Shown here one piece after another: positions 20,901 to 28,473 of a stretch of 64,000 nt of DNA. The notes under the pieces are model-generated. The model saw only the letters and a list, made by a program, of their open reading frames with translations. It was not told the origin of the DNA and searched no databases. The number at the start of each line of letters is the position of its first letter. Within the stretch, counting starts at the first letter, position 1. Origin of the DNA: a virus; the IMG/VR virus record IMGVR_UViG_3300031576_000025, positions 18,219 to 82,218 of that record; one strand, given 5' to 3'. The position numbers and the translations under genes were made by a program.

Positions 20901-22903
20901 CCGGGGCTTGGGCCGTGTCCGTCAACAACGCGGCCGGGGCTTCCGCCGTCAACGTCCAAGACGGCGGCAACAGCCTGACCATTGACGACGGCGGCGGCTC
21001 TATCACCGTGGACGGAACCCTGACCGCCACCGTTTCAGGCAGCACCATCGTGGTCCGCAACGGCATCGGGTCCGACGCGGTGAACGTGCAAGACGGCGGC
21101 AACAGCATCACCGTGGACGCCGCAAACCTAGACGTGCGCGACCTGGTATTTTCCACGGACAAAGTGGACGCCAGCGGGTCCACCCTGGGGGCCAACAGCG
21201 GGGTGGATATCGGGGACGTGACCATCAACAACGCGGCCGGTGCCGCTTCGGTCAATGTCCAAGACGGTGGCAACAGCCTGACGGTGGACGCTGCCGACCT
21301 TGACATCCGCAACCTTTCCAGCGCCCAGGACAGCGTGGCTGCCACCCAGTCCGGGGCGTGGGCCACGTCGGTCAACAACGCCGCTGGCGCTTCGGCCGTA
21401 AACGTGCAGGACGGCGGGAACAGCTTGACGGTGGACGCTGCGGACTTTGACGTGCGGGACCTTTCGAGCGCGCAGGACACGGTGGGGTCCGTGCAATCCG
21501 GTGCCTGGACCGTGACGGCCAACGCCGGGACGGGCAAGTTCAACACCACGGGAAGCACCGTGAATGTGGCGAACCAGGAAGGCACGAGCCTTGCCGTGAA
21601 CGACAACGGCGGCAGCTTGACCGTGGACGGCGCGGTGACCGCCAACGCAGGCAGCGGGACCTTCGCCGTGGACAACGCCGCTGGCGCGTCCGTTTCTGTG
21701 GACGACAACGCGGGCAGCCTGACCACGGACACGCCGCAGCTTCCCGCCTCCCTCACCGGGTCCGGCAACCTGAAGGTTTCCTTGGCCGAATCCAGCGCGG
21801 TGCAGGCGGTGTCCCAGTCCGGCACCTGGAACGTGGGGCTGTCCGCCGGGTCCAACAACGTGGGCACGGTGTCCGGCAGCACTATCGTGGTCCGAAACGG
21901 CATCGGCGTGGACGCGGTCAACGTGCAGGACGGCGGCAACAGCCTCACCGTGGACGGCACCGTGACCGGAAACCAGGGCACGGCCGCAGCCCAGTCCGGC
22001 CGGTGGCCTATGTTCCTTTCCGACGGGACCAGCGAACGCGGGACCGCCAGCAACCCACTACGCACCGACCCCACCGGGACCACGCCGCAGCCTGCAAGCC
22101 AGTCCGGCACCTGGGTGCTTGGTTCCAACAGCGGGGTGGATATCGGGGACGTGACCGTGAACAACGGCAGCGGTGCCGGTGCGGTCAACATCCAAGACGG
22201 CGGCAACAGCGTCACGGTGGACGCCGTGGACCTTGACGTTCGGGACCTGGCCTTTGGCAGCGACAGCGTGACCGCGCACCAAGGCGGCGCGTGGTCCGTG
22301 TCGTTGGCTGGCGGCAGCGCCAGCATCGGCAACGTGTCCGGTTCCACTATCGTGGTCCGCAACGGCACCGGCGCTGACGCCGTGAACATTCAGGACGGCG
22401 GCAACAGCCTGACGGTGGACGCCACCAACCTGGACGTTCGGGATTTCGCCTTCGCCACCGACAGGGTGGACACCAGCGGCAGCACGCTGGGCGCGAACAG
22501 CGGCGTGGACATTGGCGACGTGACCGTGAACAACGCCGGTGGCGCGTCCGCGGTCAATATCCAAGACGGCGGGAACAGCCTGACCGTGGACACCGCCGGT
22601 GGCGCGCTGTCCGTGGAAGGCCAGGGCTATACCGCCCCGGCTATCGGGACGTTCACCGTCACCACCAGCGCGTCGGCAATCTTCATTGCCAACGCCAGCG
22701 CGGTTGGGCGTGAAGTCTGCAACGAAGGTGGGGCGCAAATCCGAATCGGCACGGCCGCCACCCTGACCACGGCCGTGGGCCGCCTGCTGGACCCTGGGGC
22801 CTGCTACGTGCTGGACAGCCTGCACCGCTACTTCCGCGGCGCGCTGTCCGCCATCGCCGTGACGGGCACGGCCAAGGTGACGACCACGGAGCTGACGCCG
22901 TAA
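17936..22903 (+). CDS. Giant mosaic-repeat fibre/adhesin-like protein with Sec-type signal peptide
   Basis: MKKPAAVAVVAGILLAAFGSLWPLRA|ED; GAGGA RBS (alternative GTG start at 17921); 11 VN[VI]QDGGN repeats; C-terminal small beta-sandwich-like domain. Confidence 0.8.
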   Translation: MKKPAAVAVVAGILLAAFGSLWPLRAEDELARRDGNRTPVMLGVVEGTGEIRMIRTTPDGAVIMSPASGSPSQAVNQGTAGAQEWPVKTKKGTSSMDVSGSTVGVSGSTVTVQTDPAHPINVNVVAGTINAGVSGSTIIVTGSTVNVVNVVSAPLHVNVVSGSISAGVSGSTVHVKNENGGTLAVSANNLDVRDLSFATDKADVTGSAVQVSNAGGVAAVNVQDGGNVLSVDDAGGSLTVDGTVAATQSGAWTVTANAGTGTQATDPVDRAARALGRAFLRDPTNTFNMGSAAAPVRVDTVGVTTAPVSVDSLPLPAGAATESTLSTINGKLPASVAADRTAAGAPSASRLSDGAAFYKATTPSDVQPISATALPLPAGAATSANQATSNGSLSSIDGKLPATVAADRATAGAPSAARLSDGTAFYKATTPSDTQPISAAALPLPAGAATETTAATIAGDTTSLDAKVPSQGQATMAASLPVAIASDQSALPVTQSGAWAVTANAGTGKFNTTGSTVNVTNQEGTSLAVNDAGGALTVDAVNLDTRDLTFAADKVDASGSTLGANNGVDIGNVTVDNTGGAGAVNVQDGGNSLTVDDGGSSLTVDGTVTANAGTGKFNTTGSTVNVANQEGTSLAVNDNGASLTVDASNLDVRDLSSSQDSISAVQSGAWTVTSHQGTAAAQSGRWPMFLSDGTNERGTDTLPLRVDPTGTTTQPVSGTVTSNAGTGTFNVQATAASPAAARLSDGAAFYKATTPADTQPISAAALPLPSGAATAANQSTANGSLASIDGKLPAALTGSGNLKVSLAESTAVQAVSQSGAWTVTANAGTGKFDTTGSTVSIHGSTIQVRNAFGESLNVGDGSGPLTVDGTVAATQSGSWSAAVNNAAGASAVNVQDGGNSLTVDAADLDVRDLTNASDSVTSHQGGAWTVTANAGTGKFNTTGSTVNIANQEGTSLAVNDNGGSLTVDASNLDVRDLSSAQDTVGSVQSGAWAVSVNNAAGASAVNVQDGGNSLTIDDGGGSITVDGTLTATVSGSTIVVRNGIGSDAVNVQDGGNSITVDAANLDVRDLVFSTDKVDASGSTLGANSGVDIGDVTINNAAGAASVNVQDGGNSLTVDAADLDIRNLSSAQDSVAATQSGAWATSVNNAAGASAVNVQDGGNSLTVDAADFDVRDLSSAQDTVGSVQSGAWTVTANAGTGKFNTTGSTVNVANQEGTSLAVNDNGGSLTVDGAVTANAGSGTFAVDNAAGASVSVDDNAGSLTTDTPQLPASLTGSGNLKVSLAESSAVQAVSQSGTWNVGLSAGSNNVGTVSGSTIVVRNGIGVDAVNVQDGGNSLTVDGTVTGNQGTAAAQSGRWPMFLSDGTSERGTASNPLRTDPTGTTPQPASQSGTWVLGSNSGVDIGDVTVNNGSGAGAVNIQDGGNSVTVDAVDLDVRDLAFGSDSVTAHQGGAWSVSLAGGSASIGNVSGSTIVVRNGTGADAVNIQDGGNSLTVDATNLDVRDFAFATDRVDTSGSTLGANSGVDIGDVTVNNAGGASAVNIQDGGNSLTVDTAGGALSVEGQGYTAPAIGTFTVTTSASAIFIANASAVGREVCNEGGAQIRIGTAATLTTAVGRLLDPGACYVLDSLHRYFRGALSAIAVTGTAKVTTTELTP

Positions 22904-22926
22904 CGGGCGCTGATATGGGGGACACT

Positions 22927-23457
22927 ATGCGGCGTTACTTCATGCTGGCAGTCCTGGCCCTGACGTGCGCGGGGCAGGCGTGGGCGCTTGGCGGGCGCGC
23001 CAATCCTACGGACCTTGCGGACACGGCCTACAAGGCGGTGTCCGAGGCCGTCACCAACAGCAACACCCTACAGGATGACAATGACCTGGTGGTGAACTTG
23101 GTGGCGTACAGCACCTACACGGTGGAAGGGCTCATCCTGTCAACCGCCGCGGCGGCGCAGCCCGATTTGAAAATATCCTTTGCCGTCCCGGCCGGGTCCA
23201 CCATGTCCATCGCATACTTTGGGCCAGCCACCAATGACGGCACATTCCGCGGGGCCGTTCTCGTTGACAGCGGTGTTGCATCGGCAGAAATCCCGGCCAC
23301 TGGCGGCTTCACCAGCGCGATGAATATCACCGGAACGGTGGTGACTGGGGCCAACAACGGGACCCTTACGCTGCGTTGGGCCCAGCAGACCGCTGACCTA
23401 AGCAGCACGTTCGTGCATGGCGGCAGCTACCTGCGGGTGGCGCGGAGGTTCCCTTGA
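22927..23457 (+). CDS. Signal-peptide-bearing fibre-tip-like beta-sandwich protein
   Basis: MRRYFMLAVLALTCAGQAWA|; TLQDDNDL...GTLTLRWAQ...GSYL domain typical of phage minor tail protein C-termini. Confidence 0.7.
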   Translation: MRRYFMLAVLALTCAGQAWALGGRANPTDLADTAYKAVSEAVTNSNTLQDDNDLVVNLVAYSTYTVEGLILSTAAAAQPDLKISFAVPAGSTMSIAYFGPATNDGTFRGAVLVDSGVASAEIPATGGFTSAMNITGTVVTGANNGTLTLRWAQQTADLSSTFVHGGSYLRVARRFP

Positions 23458-23626
23458 AGAACAACCTACTGGCTGGGGCATTGCTGGTGTTGCTGGGGAC
23501 CAGCCTGGCGCTGGCGTGGACGGGCAGGCCCTCTACCTGCGCGCCCCGGACGGGCATTGCGTGACCCCGGCGGTGGACAACCTGAACGTGGTCACGTGGG
23601 GAACCGCGACCTGCCCGGAACCGTAG
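23454..23626 (+). pseudogene. Small secreted protein split by a 1-nt frameshift (or assembly error)
   Basis: GGAGG + TTG gives MKNNLLAGALLVLLGTSLALA; VDGQALYLRAPDGHC...ATCPEP continues in another frame from ~23516. Confidence 0.5.
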
Positions 23627-23661
23627 GCGCATAGCCGTAAGACGCACAAAAGGGGGGGGCA

Positions 23662-23976
23662 ATGTCGCCAGAGGACCGCGCGCTGTTTCAGGAACTACGC
23701 CATGGGCTTGCAAACCTAGCACCGCTGCCGGGCATGGTGGCGCACCTGGACACCCGCCTAAACGGGGTTGACGCCACGCTGCGCGGCGTGCAAATCGCCG
23801 TGGCGGCCAAAGACGCCGAGCACGCCACGAAGCTGGACCAGCACGCCGGGGCCATTAAGACCTTGGGGGACCGCGTTCGGGAACACGTTGGCCAGCACTG
23901 GACCTGGCTGCTTGCCACCGTCGGCCTGGTTGCGGCAATCATGGCCGCTGCGAAAATGCTTTCGGGGAAACCTTGA
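23662..23976 (+). CDS. Coiled-coil protein with C-terminal TM helix (holin/XhlA-like)
   Basis: WTWLLATVGLVAAIMAAA at the C-terminus; start of lysis region. Confidence 0.55.
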   Translation: MSPEDRALFQELRHGLANLAPLPGMVAHLDTRLNGVDATLRGVQIAVAAKDAEHATKLDQHAGAIKTLGDRVREHVGQHWTWLLATVGLVAAIMAAAKMLSGKP

Positions 23977-24003
23977 AGTTCAGCGCGCCGTCGGCGGTGT
24001 CCC

Positions 24004-24318
24004 GTGGCCGCTAACGGGAACGGGCACAGCGACGGCAAGGTGACGGTGGCCGTTGCCGCCGTGGTGCTGCGTGGCAAGCGCCCGGCGCGGCTGGCGCAAT
24101 GGCTGAAGATTTACGACCGCGAGGAGGACAGGTTTTTCTGTGTCCGCCCCGATTTCTTGGTGGTGCAAAAGGGCGACCTGGCCGCCCAGCTACACGCGCA
24201 GGTGGACGAATTCGTGGCGGGCATGGAAGCTGGCGGCCTTGCGTACATAGGCAGCCTGTCCTACGAATCCGAAGGTGACAAGACGGCCCCGCGGAAGCCG
24301 GGGGAAGAAAGCACGTGA
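24004..24318 (+). CDS. Hypothetical protein
   Basis: 104 aa, GTGA overlap with the endolysin. Confidence 0.55.
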   Translation: MAANGNGHSDGKVTVAVAAVVLRGKRPARLAQWLKIYDREEDRFFCVRPDFLVVQKGDLAAQLHAQVDEFVAGMEAGGLAYIGSLSYESEGDKTAPRKPGEEST

Positions 24319-24839
24319 CGGACTTCAATCTGTCCAAGCATTTAAAGTTCTACGAATTGACGACGACGGTGCGCGCTGGATTGCTGGCTGCGAACCGCGA
24401 AGGCGGCCTGCTGGTGGTGCCCAAGCTGTCGCTTCTGTGCGTCACCCTGCTGGAACCGTTGCGCCCCGTCGTCAACGCGCCGGTGTCAGTTTCAAACGGC
24501 TACCGCAGCGACGTGCTGAACCGGGCGGTTGGTGGCAGCCAGACCAGCCAGCACTGCAAGGGCGAAGCTGCCGACTGGGTGCCGGGCGACCTGCGGCGGG
24601 ACAGGGCGGCCATGTGGTCCAGGTACCAGCTGTGCGCGAACTGGCTGCGGTCCAGCGGGTCCATGTTCGGCCAGTTTATTTTCGAGGAAAAGTCAGACGA
24701 CAAGGGGCCGTACTTTTGGTTCCACCTGTCCCTTGGGTTCCCGTTCAGGCCGCTGGTGAAATGCGGGGAACTTATGACGTACAATCAGCGGGACAGCTAC
24801 AGGCTGCTGGAACGCATGGCGTTTCCGGGGTGGGCGTGA
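24315..24839 (+). CDS. Endolysin, Peptidase M15 (Zn D-Ala-D-Ala peptidase-like)
   Basis: LEPLR..PV.VSNGYRS..LN.AVGGS.TSQH.KGEAAD...WFHLS motif. Confidence 0.9.
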   Translation: MTDFNLSKHLKFYELTTTVRAGLLAANREGGLLVVPKLSLLCVTLLEPLRPVVNAPVSVSNGYRSDVLNRAVGGSQTSQHCKGEAADWVPGDLRRDRAAMWSRYQLCANWLRSSGSMFGQFIFEEKSDDKGPYFWFHLSLGFPFRPLVKCGELMTYNQRDSYRLLERMAFPGWA

Positions 24840-24984
24840 GCTTGTGGGCGAAGGCGTGGGGGCTGTTGTCCGGCAAGGGCTTCCATGTGACGCTGCTGCG
24901 CTTTCGTTTCGGCGGCCCGCCGCGCGACCAGCGGCCGGACGCCGTGAAGGGCAGGAACAAGGGCGGAAAGGGGGGGACGAAACG

Positions 24985-25647
24985 ATGAACTTGTGCATGG
25001 GCTTGGGGCTGGTGCTGGTGGCGTTCGCTGGGCTGGTGACCGGCGGAGGGTGGGCGGTGCTGGCCGCCACGCTGCTGTTGACCTTGGCGGCGCTGAACGG
25101 CCGCCGTGTCGCTTTCCCGTGGCTGGACCAGCGGCGCGTGCTGTCGTTGGCGTCCGTGACCGTGGCGCTGCTGGCGGCCTTGGCCGGTCCTGCGCTCGCC
25201 TGGTCCCCGCGGGACTACCACGTGGGCCTGCCGCTGGTCTTGCGCACGGACGCCGTGGGCGCGCGCGACCTGCAACGCGGGCAGTGGTTGTCCGGCGTCG
25301 GGGTGGACATGCTGTGGCTGCACCGCGAGGACGAAAAGCAGCCGATTTTCTACCTGTCCGGGCAGCACCTTTACAACGCCAGCGAGCAGGGTAAGGGCAG
25401 CCTGGGCGCGGCCTTCGGGGTCAACACCGGGAAGGCCGGGGAAGTGGTGCAGCGCGGCGCGGAACTGCTGCTGCCCGACCAGGCCCACCGCCTGAAGTGG
25501 CTCACCGCGCTTTCCAACTGGGTGTCCGTCGAAGCGTCCGGCGGGTACCGGGTGTTCGGCACTCCGCAAGGCCAAAGCCCGTGGGTCTACGCCGTGGGCG
25601 GCAAGGTCCGCATCCCCCTGGAACGCCTGTGGGGCGCGGCCTACTGA
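24985..25647 (+). CDS. Membrane protein: N-terminal TM hairpin, internal signal-like segment, amphipathic beta-rich C-terminus
   Basis: Hydrophobic residues 3-37; RRVLSLASVTVALLAALAGPALA|W; alternating strands ending WVYAVGGKVRIPL. Confidence 0.6.
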   Translation: MNLCMGLGLVLVAFAGLVTGGGWAVLAATLLLTLAALNGRRVAFPWLDQRRVLSLASVTVALLAALAGPALAWSPRDYHVGLPLVLRTDAVGARDLQRGQWLSGVGVDMLWLHREDEKQPIFYLSGQHLYNASEQGKGSLGAAFGVNTGKAGEVVQRGAELLLPDQAHRLKWLTALSNWVSVEASGGYRVFGTPQGQSPWVYAVGGKVRIPLERLWGAAY

Positions 25648-25648
25648 C

Positions 25649-25870
25649 ATGGGCCTTGTCCCCGACCATATCAGCGTAGGCGCTGACGCGGCCACGCTGA
25701 CGGCCGCGCAAGGGCTGGTCACGCGCCTGTGTGGCAGCCTGGACGGGCTGCGTGACGCTGGCCTGAAGCTGGCGGACACCTTCAAGCAGGGCCGCCTGTG
25801 CATCACCGTGGACTGGGACGCCGCCAAGCGGACCCAGCCCGGCAACCCGGCCGCGCCGGGAACGACTTAG
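25649..25870 (+). CDS. Hypothetical protein
   Basis: 73 aa, tight spacing within the operon. Confidence 0.55.
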   Translation: MGLVPDHISVGADAATLTAAQGLVTRLCGSLDGLRDAGLKLADTFKQGRLCITVDWDAAKRTQPGNPAAPGTT

Positions 25871-25880
25871 GGGGGGGCGC

Positions 25881-26120
25881 ATGAACATCAAGGAATTCCT
25901 GGAGTCCAAGAAGGCAAAGGGCTTCATTCTTGGCCTGCTTGGCCTGGGCCTGGCGCATTACGGCGGGTTCAGCCAGGAAGAACAGAAGAACATCCTCTAC
26001 CTCGCCGGGCTTTACCTGGGGTCCCAGGGCGTTGCGGACATGGGGAAGGAAAAGGCCAAGGTGGAAGCCGCAGCCGCCGCGCCGCAGCCCGGTGCGTCAG
26101 GCGCGCCCGGCGACGTGTAG
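25881..26120 (+). CDS. Holin-like two-TM protein
   Basis: SKK..GFILGLLGLGLA; YLGSQGVADMG motif seen in phage holins. Confidence 0.65.
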   Translation: MNIKEFLESKKAKGFILGLLGLGLAHYGGFSQEEQKNILYLAGLYLGSQGVADMGKEKAKVEAAAAAPQPGASGAPGDV

Positions 26121-26164
26121 GACCCCGGCCACTGGCCGGGCAGTCACAACAACTGGGGGACGCC

Positions 26165-26323
26165 ATGAAGAAAGCCAGGCGCACGACGCACCGCAGCAGC
26201 AGCGGCAAGAAGCTGCTGGCCAAGCGGGACAAGTCCGGCAAGTTCAGGGACATCCAGACCTGGAAAGGCAGCAGCAGCCGGGACCAGCGCAAGAAGCACA
26301 CCAAGTCCGACCGGGCGCGGTAG
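26165..26323 (+). CDS. Highly basic 52-aa microprotein (absent from ORF track)
   Basis: GGGGGA RBS; MKKARRTTHRSSSGKKLLAKRDKSGKFRDIQTWK... Confidence 0.65.
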   Translation: MKKARRTTHRSSSGKKLLAKRDKSGKFRDIQTWKGSSSRDQRKKHTKSDRAR

Positions 26324-26345
26324 TCGCTGCAAGACGTGCGCGCGT

Positions 26346-26478
26346 CCCGCCCGGTCAACGGGCGGGGCCCGCAGTGGGCCCCCGCACCCGAAACACCCTC
26401 CAGGCCCTGGGTGCCGGGGTCCACTGCGGGCAGCGGCCCTGCCTGCGGATTCCTCGCCGCAGACGGGGTGCTGCCCGC
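26346..26478. repeat. Nested inverted repeats between convergent operons (terminator/att candidate)
   Basis: 26368-26389 vs 26409-26430 (20/22 match); 26426-26434 vs 26470-26478; 26346-26353 vs 26359-26366. Confidence 0.7.
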
Positions 26479-26484
26479 AACCCG

Positions 26485-27363
26485 CTAGGCCCGGAAGCCC
26501 GGGTGCGCAGCGGCGCAGGCCGCCGCCAGGTGGGTGACGGAAACCCTGGTGTAACGCTGGGTGGTGGTGATGCTGGCGTGGCCCAGGTAGCCCTGAATCG
26601 TCCGAATGTCGGCCCCGCCTTCCAGCATGTGGGTGGCGGCGCTGTGGCGCAGCTGGTGCGGGTGGACCGGCGCGGACAGCCCGGCGCGCTGCGCAAGCTG
26701 GCGCAGCACCCACCACACCGCCGCCCGGTCCAGGGGCTTGCCCCTGGGCGACAGCATGAGGGCTTCGGCGGCCGGGTAGCGCGCGGCCCGCGCGGCCATG
26801 TAGGCCCGCAGGGCGGCCACGGCACGCGGCCCGACCGGCAGCAGGCGTTCCTTCCCACCCTTCCCCTTGACCAGCACCGTGCTGTGGTCCAGGTCCACGT
26901 TCACCACCAGCAGGCCGCAAAGTTCTGACGCCCGCAGCCCGGCCACGTAAAGGACCAGCAGCAGGGCCTTGTTCCGCAGTTCAATGAAGCGGGTCCCAAA
27001 GGACTGGCCCAGCAGGCGGTCCATGTCCGACTGGTCCAGGGACTTGGGCAGGGGCAGCTTCGGCTGCTGCACGGACAAGCCCACCGTTGGGTCAACAGCG
27101 GCCAGGCCGCGGGCCAGCAGCCAGCGGTGGTACCCGGTGGCCACGGCGACGTCCAGGGCGACCGTGGCCGGGGCCTTCCCAGCCGCCTGGCGCACGGTCA
27201 GGTAGCCCACCACGTCCGAGTGGGCGGCCGTTTCGGCGGCCTTCCCATGGGCCGCCAGGTGGGCCTGGTAGGCCGTCAGCGCCCTGCTGTAGGTGTCCAG
27301 GGTGGCCGGGGAACGCCCGCCCGCCTTCAGGTCCGCCAGGTACGCCGCCAGGTGCCCGTTCAT
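26485..27363 (-). CDS. XerC/XerD-like tyrosine recombinase
   Basis: LY.AGLR.SEL, VKGKGGKER, HPHQLRHSAATHMLEGGAD.R.IQ..LGH.SI.TTQRYT; SAM-like N-domain. Confidence 0.95.
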   Translation of the reverse strand: MNGHLAAYLADLKAGGRSPATLDTYSRALTAYQAHLAAHGKAAETAAHSDVVGYLTVRQAAGKAPATVALDVAVATGYHRWLLARGLAAVDPTVGLSVQQPKLPLPKSLDQSDMDRLLGQSFGTRFIELRNKALLLVLYVAGLRASELCGLLVVNVDLDHSTVLVKGKGGKERLLPVGPRAVAALRAYMAARAARYPAAEALMLSPRGKPLDRAAVWWVLRQLAQRAGLSAPVHPHQLRHSAATHMLEGGADIRTIQGYLGHASITTTQRYTRVSVTHLAAACAAAHPGFRA

Positions 27364-27560
27364 GCCCGCCCCCCGTGCAGCTGCGCAGCCGCCGCGTCCA
27401 CGCACGCCAGGTCAGCCGCGGCAATGGACAGGGCGCGCGCGGGGTCCTTGGCCATGTCCACATGATACTGCCCGCGCAGGTAGCCGTCCAGGGCCAGCTG
27501 CGCGGTGGTGTACGACTGCCTGGCCAGCCTGGTCCGCCGGGTCACGGCAGCACCGTCCAT
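27360..27560 (-). CDS. Small hypothetical protein (start uncertain)
   Basis: Overlap-coupled to the recombinase and to the upstream gene. Confidence 0.5.
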   Translation of the reverse strand: MDGAAVTRRTRLARQSYTTAQLALDGYLRGQYHVDMAKDPARALSIAAADLACVDAAAAQLHGGRA

Positions 27561-28048
27561 TCGCGGGTGCGCACCACGAACAACTGCGCCCGGCCCTTCG
27601 GCTTGGTCTGCCGGATTTCCGCCGTCACGTTCCATTCGGGCATGGCGTCCTGAAGCGCGAACGCCCGGGCCTTCACCCAGTCCCCCGCCTTCAGCGCCGC
27701 CGACGCCGAACTGCTGCCGGTGACGGCCTGGGTGGCAATGACCTGGCTGCCGTTGCGCAGCGTCACGGTGTAGGTGGACATGCCAGCCACCAGTTCGCGG
27801 ATTTTGGAAGCCATGGCCTCGATGGCCCCCGGGCTGCTGTCGCGGACGTGCGACCAGTCGCCGCCCATTTCTAAGGCCGCCGACAGGGTAAGCGGGCCGA
27901 AGCCGTCGCCCAAGGAGTAAACTTCCCAGTGCTGCGCCGTCGTCAGGGTCTTGCGGTTGTCGCCGTTGAAGTGCAGGTGGGACACCACCAGGTCCCAGTT
28001 CTTGTTCGCCGCTTCCAGAAGTTCCGACATCTTCGCTGCGCTGCCCAT
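27542..28048 (-). CDS. Hypothetical protein
   Basis: 168 aa; GGGGGG RBS, leader hairpin and promoter upstream. Confidence 0.7.
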   Translation of the reverse strand: MGSAAKMSELLEAANKNWDLVVSHLHFNGDNRKTLTTAQHWEVYSLGDGFGPLTLSAALEMGGDWSHVRDSSPGAIEAMASKIRELVAGMSTYTVTLRNGSQVIATQAVTGSSSASAALKAGDWVKARAFALQDAMPEWNVTAEIRQTKPKGRAQLFVVRTREWTVLP

Positions 28049-28091
28049 TTTCGCCCCCCGGCCGGGCCTTGCCCGGCTTGCCTACACCTTC

Positions 28092-28120
28092 AGTATAGCC
28101 TGTTACTGGTAATTGTCAAG
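28092..28120 (-). promoter_or_regulatory. Leftward sigma70 promoter TTGACA-16-TATACT
   Basis: Exact reverse complement of 28474-28502. Confidence 0.85.
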
Positions 28121-28188
28121 ACCCAAAAAGGTCCTATGCCGTCCCCGACGGCCCCCGGGCCACGCGGCCCAGGGGCGGGGACCGGCGG

Positions 28189-28356
28189 CTACCCGCCCCC
28201 CCCTTCCTCCACTTCGGCCCCCGCTTCCAGGCGCGGCTTTTCGTCCGTCGTCGCCCGCATCAGCGCCGACTCAAGCAGCGCGGCGTCAATCTTCAGGTAC
28301 GCCGCCAGCGCAACCAGCACCGCCTTGCCTTCCGCTTCCAGCTTCATCTTGTCCAC
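28189..28356 (-). CDS. 55-aa microprotein MDKMKLEAEGKAVLVALAAYLKID... (absent from ORF track)
   Basis: AGGGGG RBS, leader hairpin and its own promoter. Confidence 0.6.
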   Translation of the reverse strand: MDKMKLEAEGKAVLVALAAYLKIDAALLESALMRATTDEKPRLEAGAEVEEGGGG

Positions 28357-28402
28357 TTTCCGACCCCCTGGCCCGACCTTGCCGGGCCTGCCCTACATGG
28401 AA

Positions 28403-28431
28403 AGTATAGACGGATTACTAGCCATTGTCAA
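28403..28431 (-). promoter_or_regulatory. Leftward sigma70 promoter TTGACA-17-TATACT
   Basis: Consensus hexamers; spacer contains GGCTAGTAA. Confidence 0.85.
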
Positions 28432-28473
28432 GACCCAGGCCGCCGGTCCATAGGACCTACGCAGAAATTGGGC

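Noticed and set aside
18220-22600. CRISPR array or DGR template/variable repeats
   Set aside because: Repeats are in-frame coding modules with synonymous variation; no constant repeat-spacer period, no A-specific mismatches and no reverse transcriptase
784-22825. Long minus-strand and alternate-frame ORFs (e.g. 784-2757, 20182-22389)
   Set aside because: Shadow ORFs expected in high-GC coding DNA; no RBS or motifs
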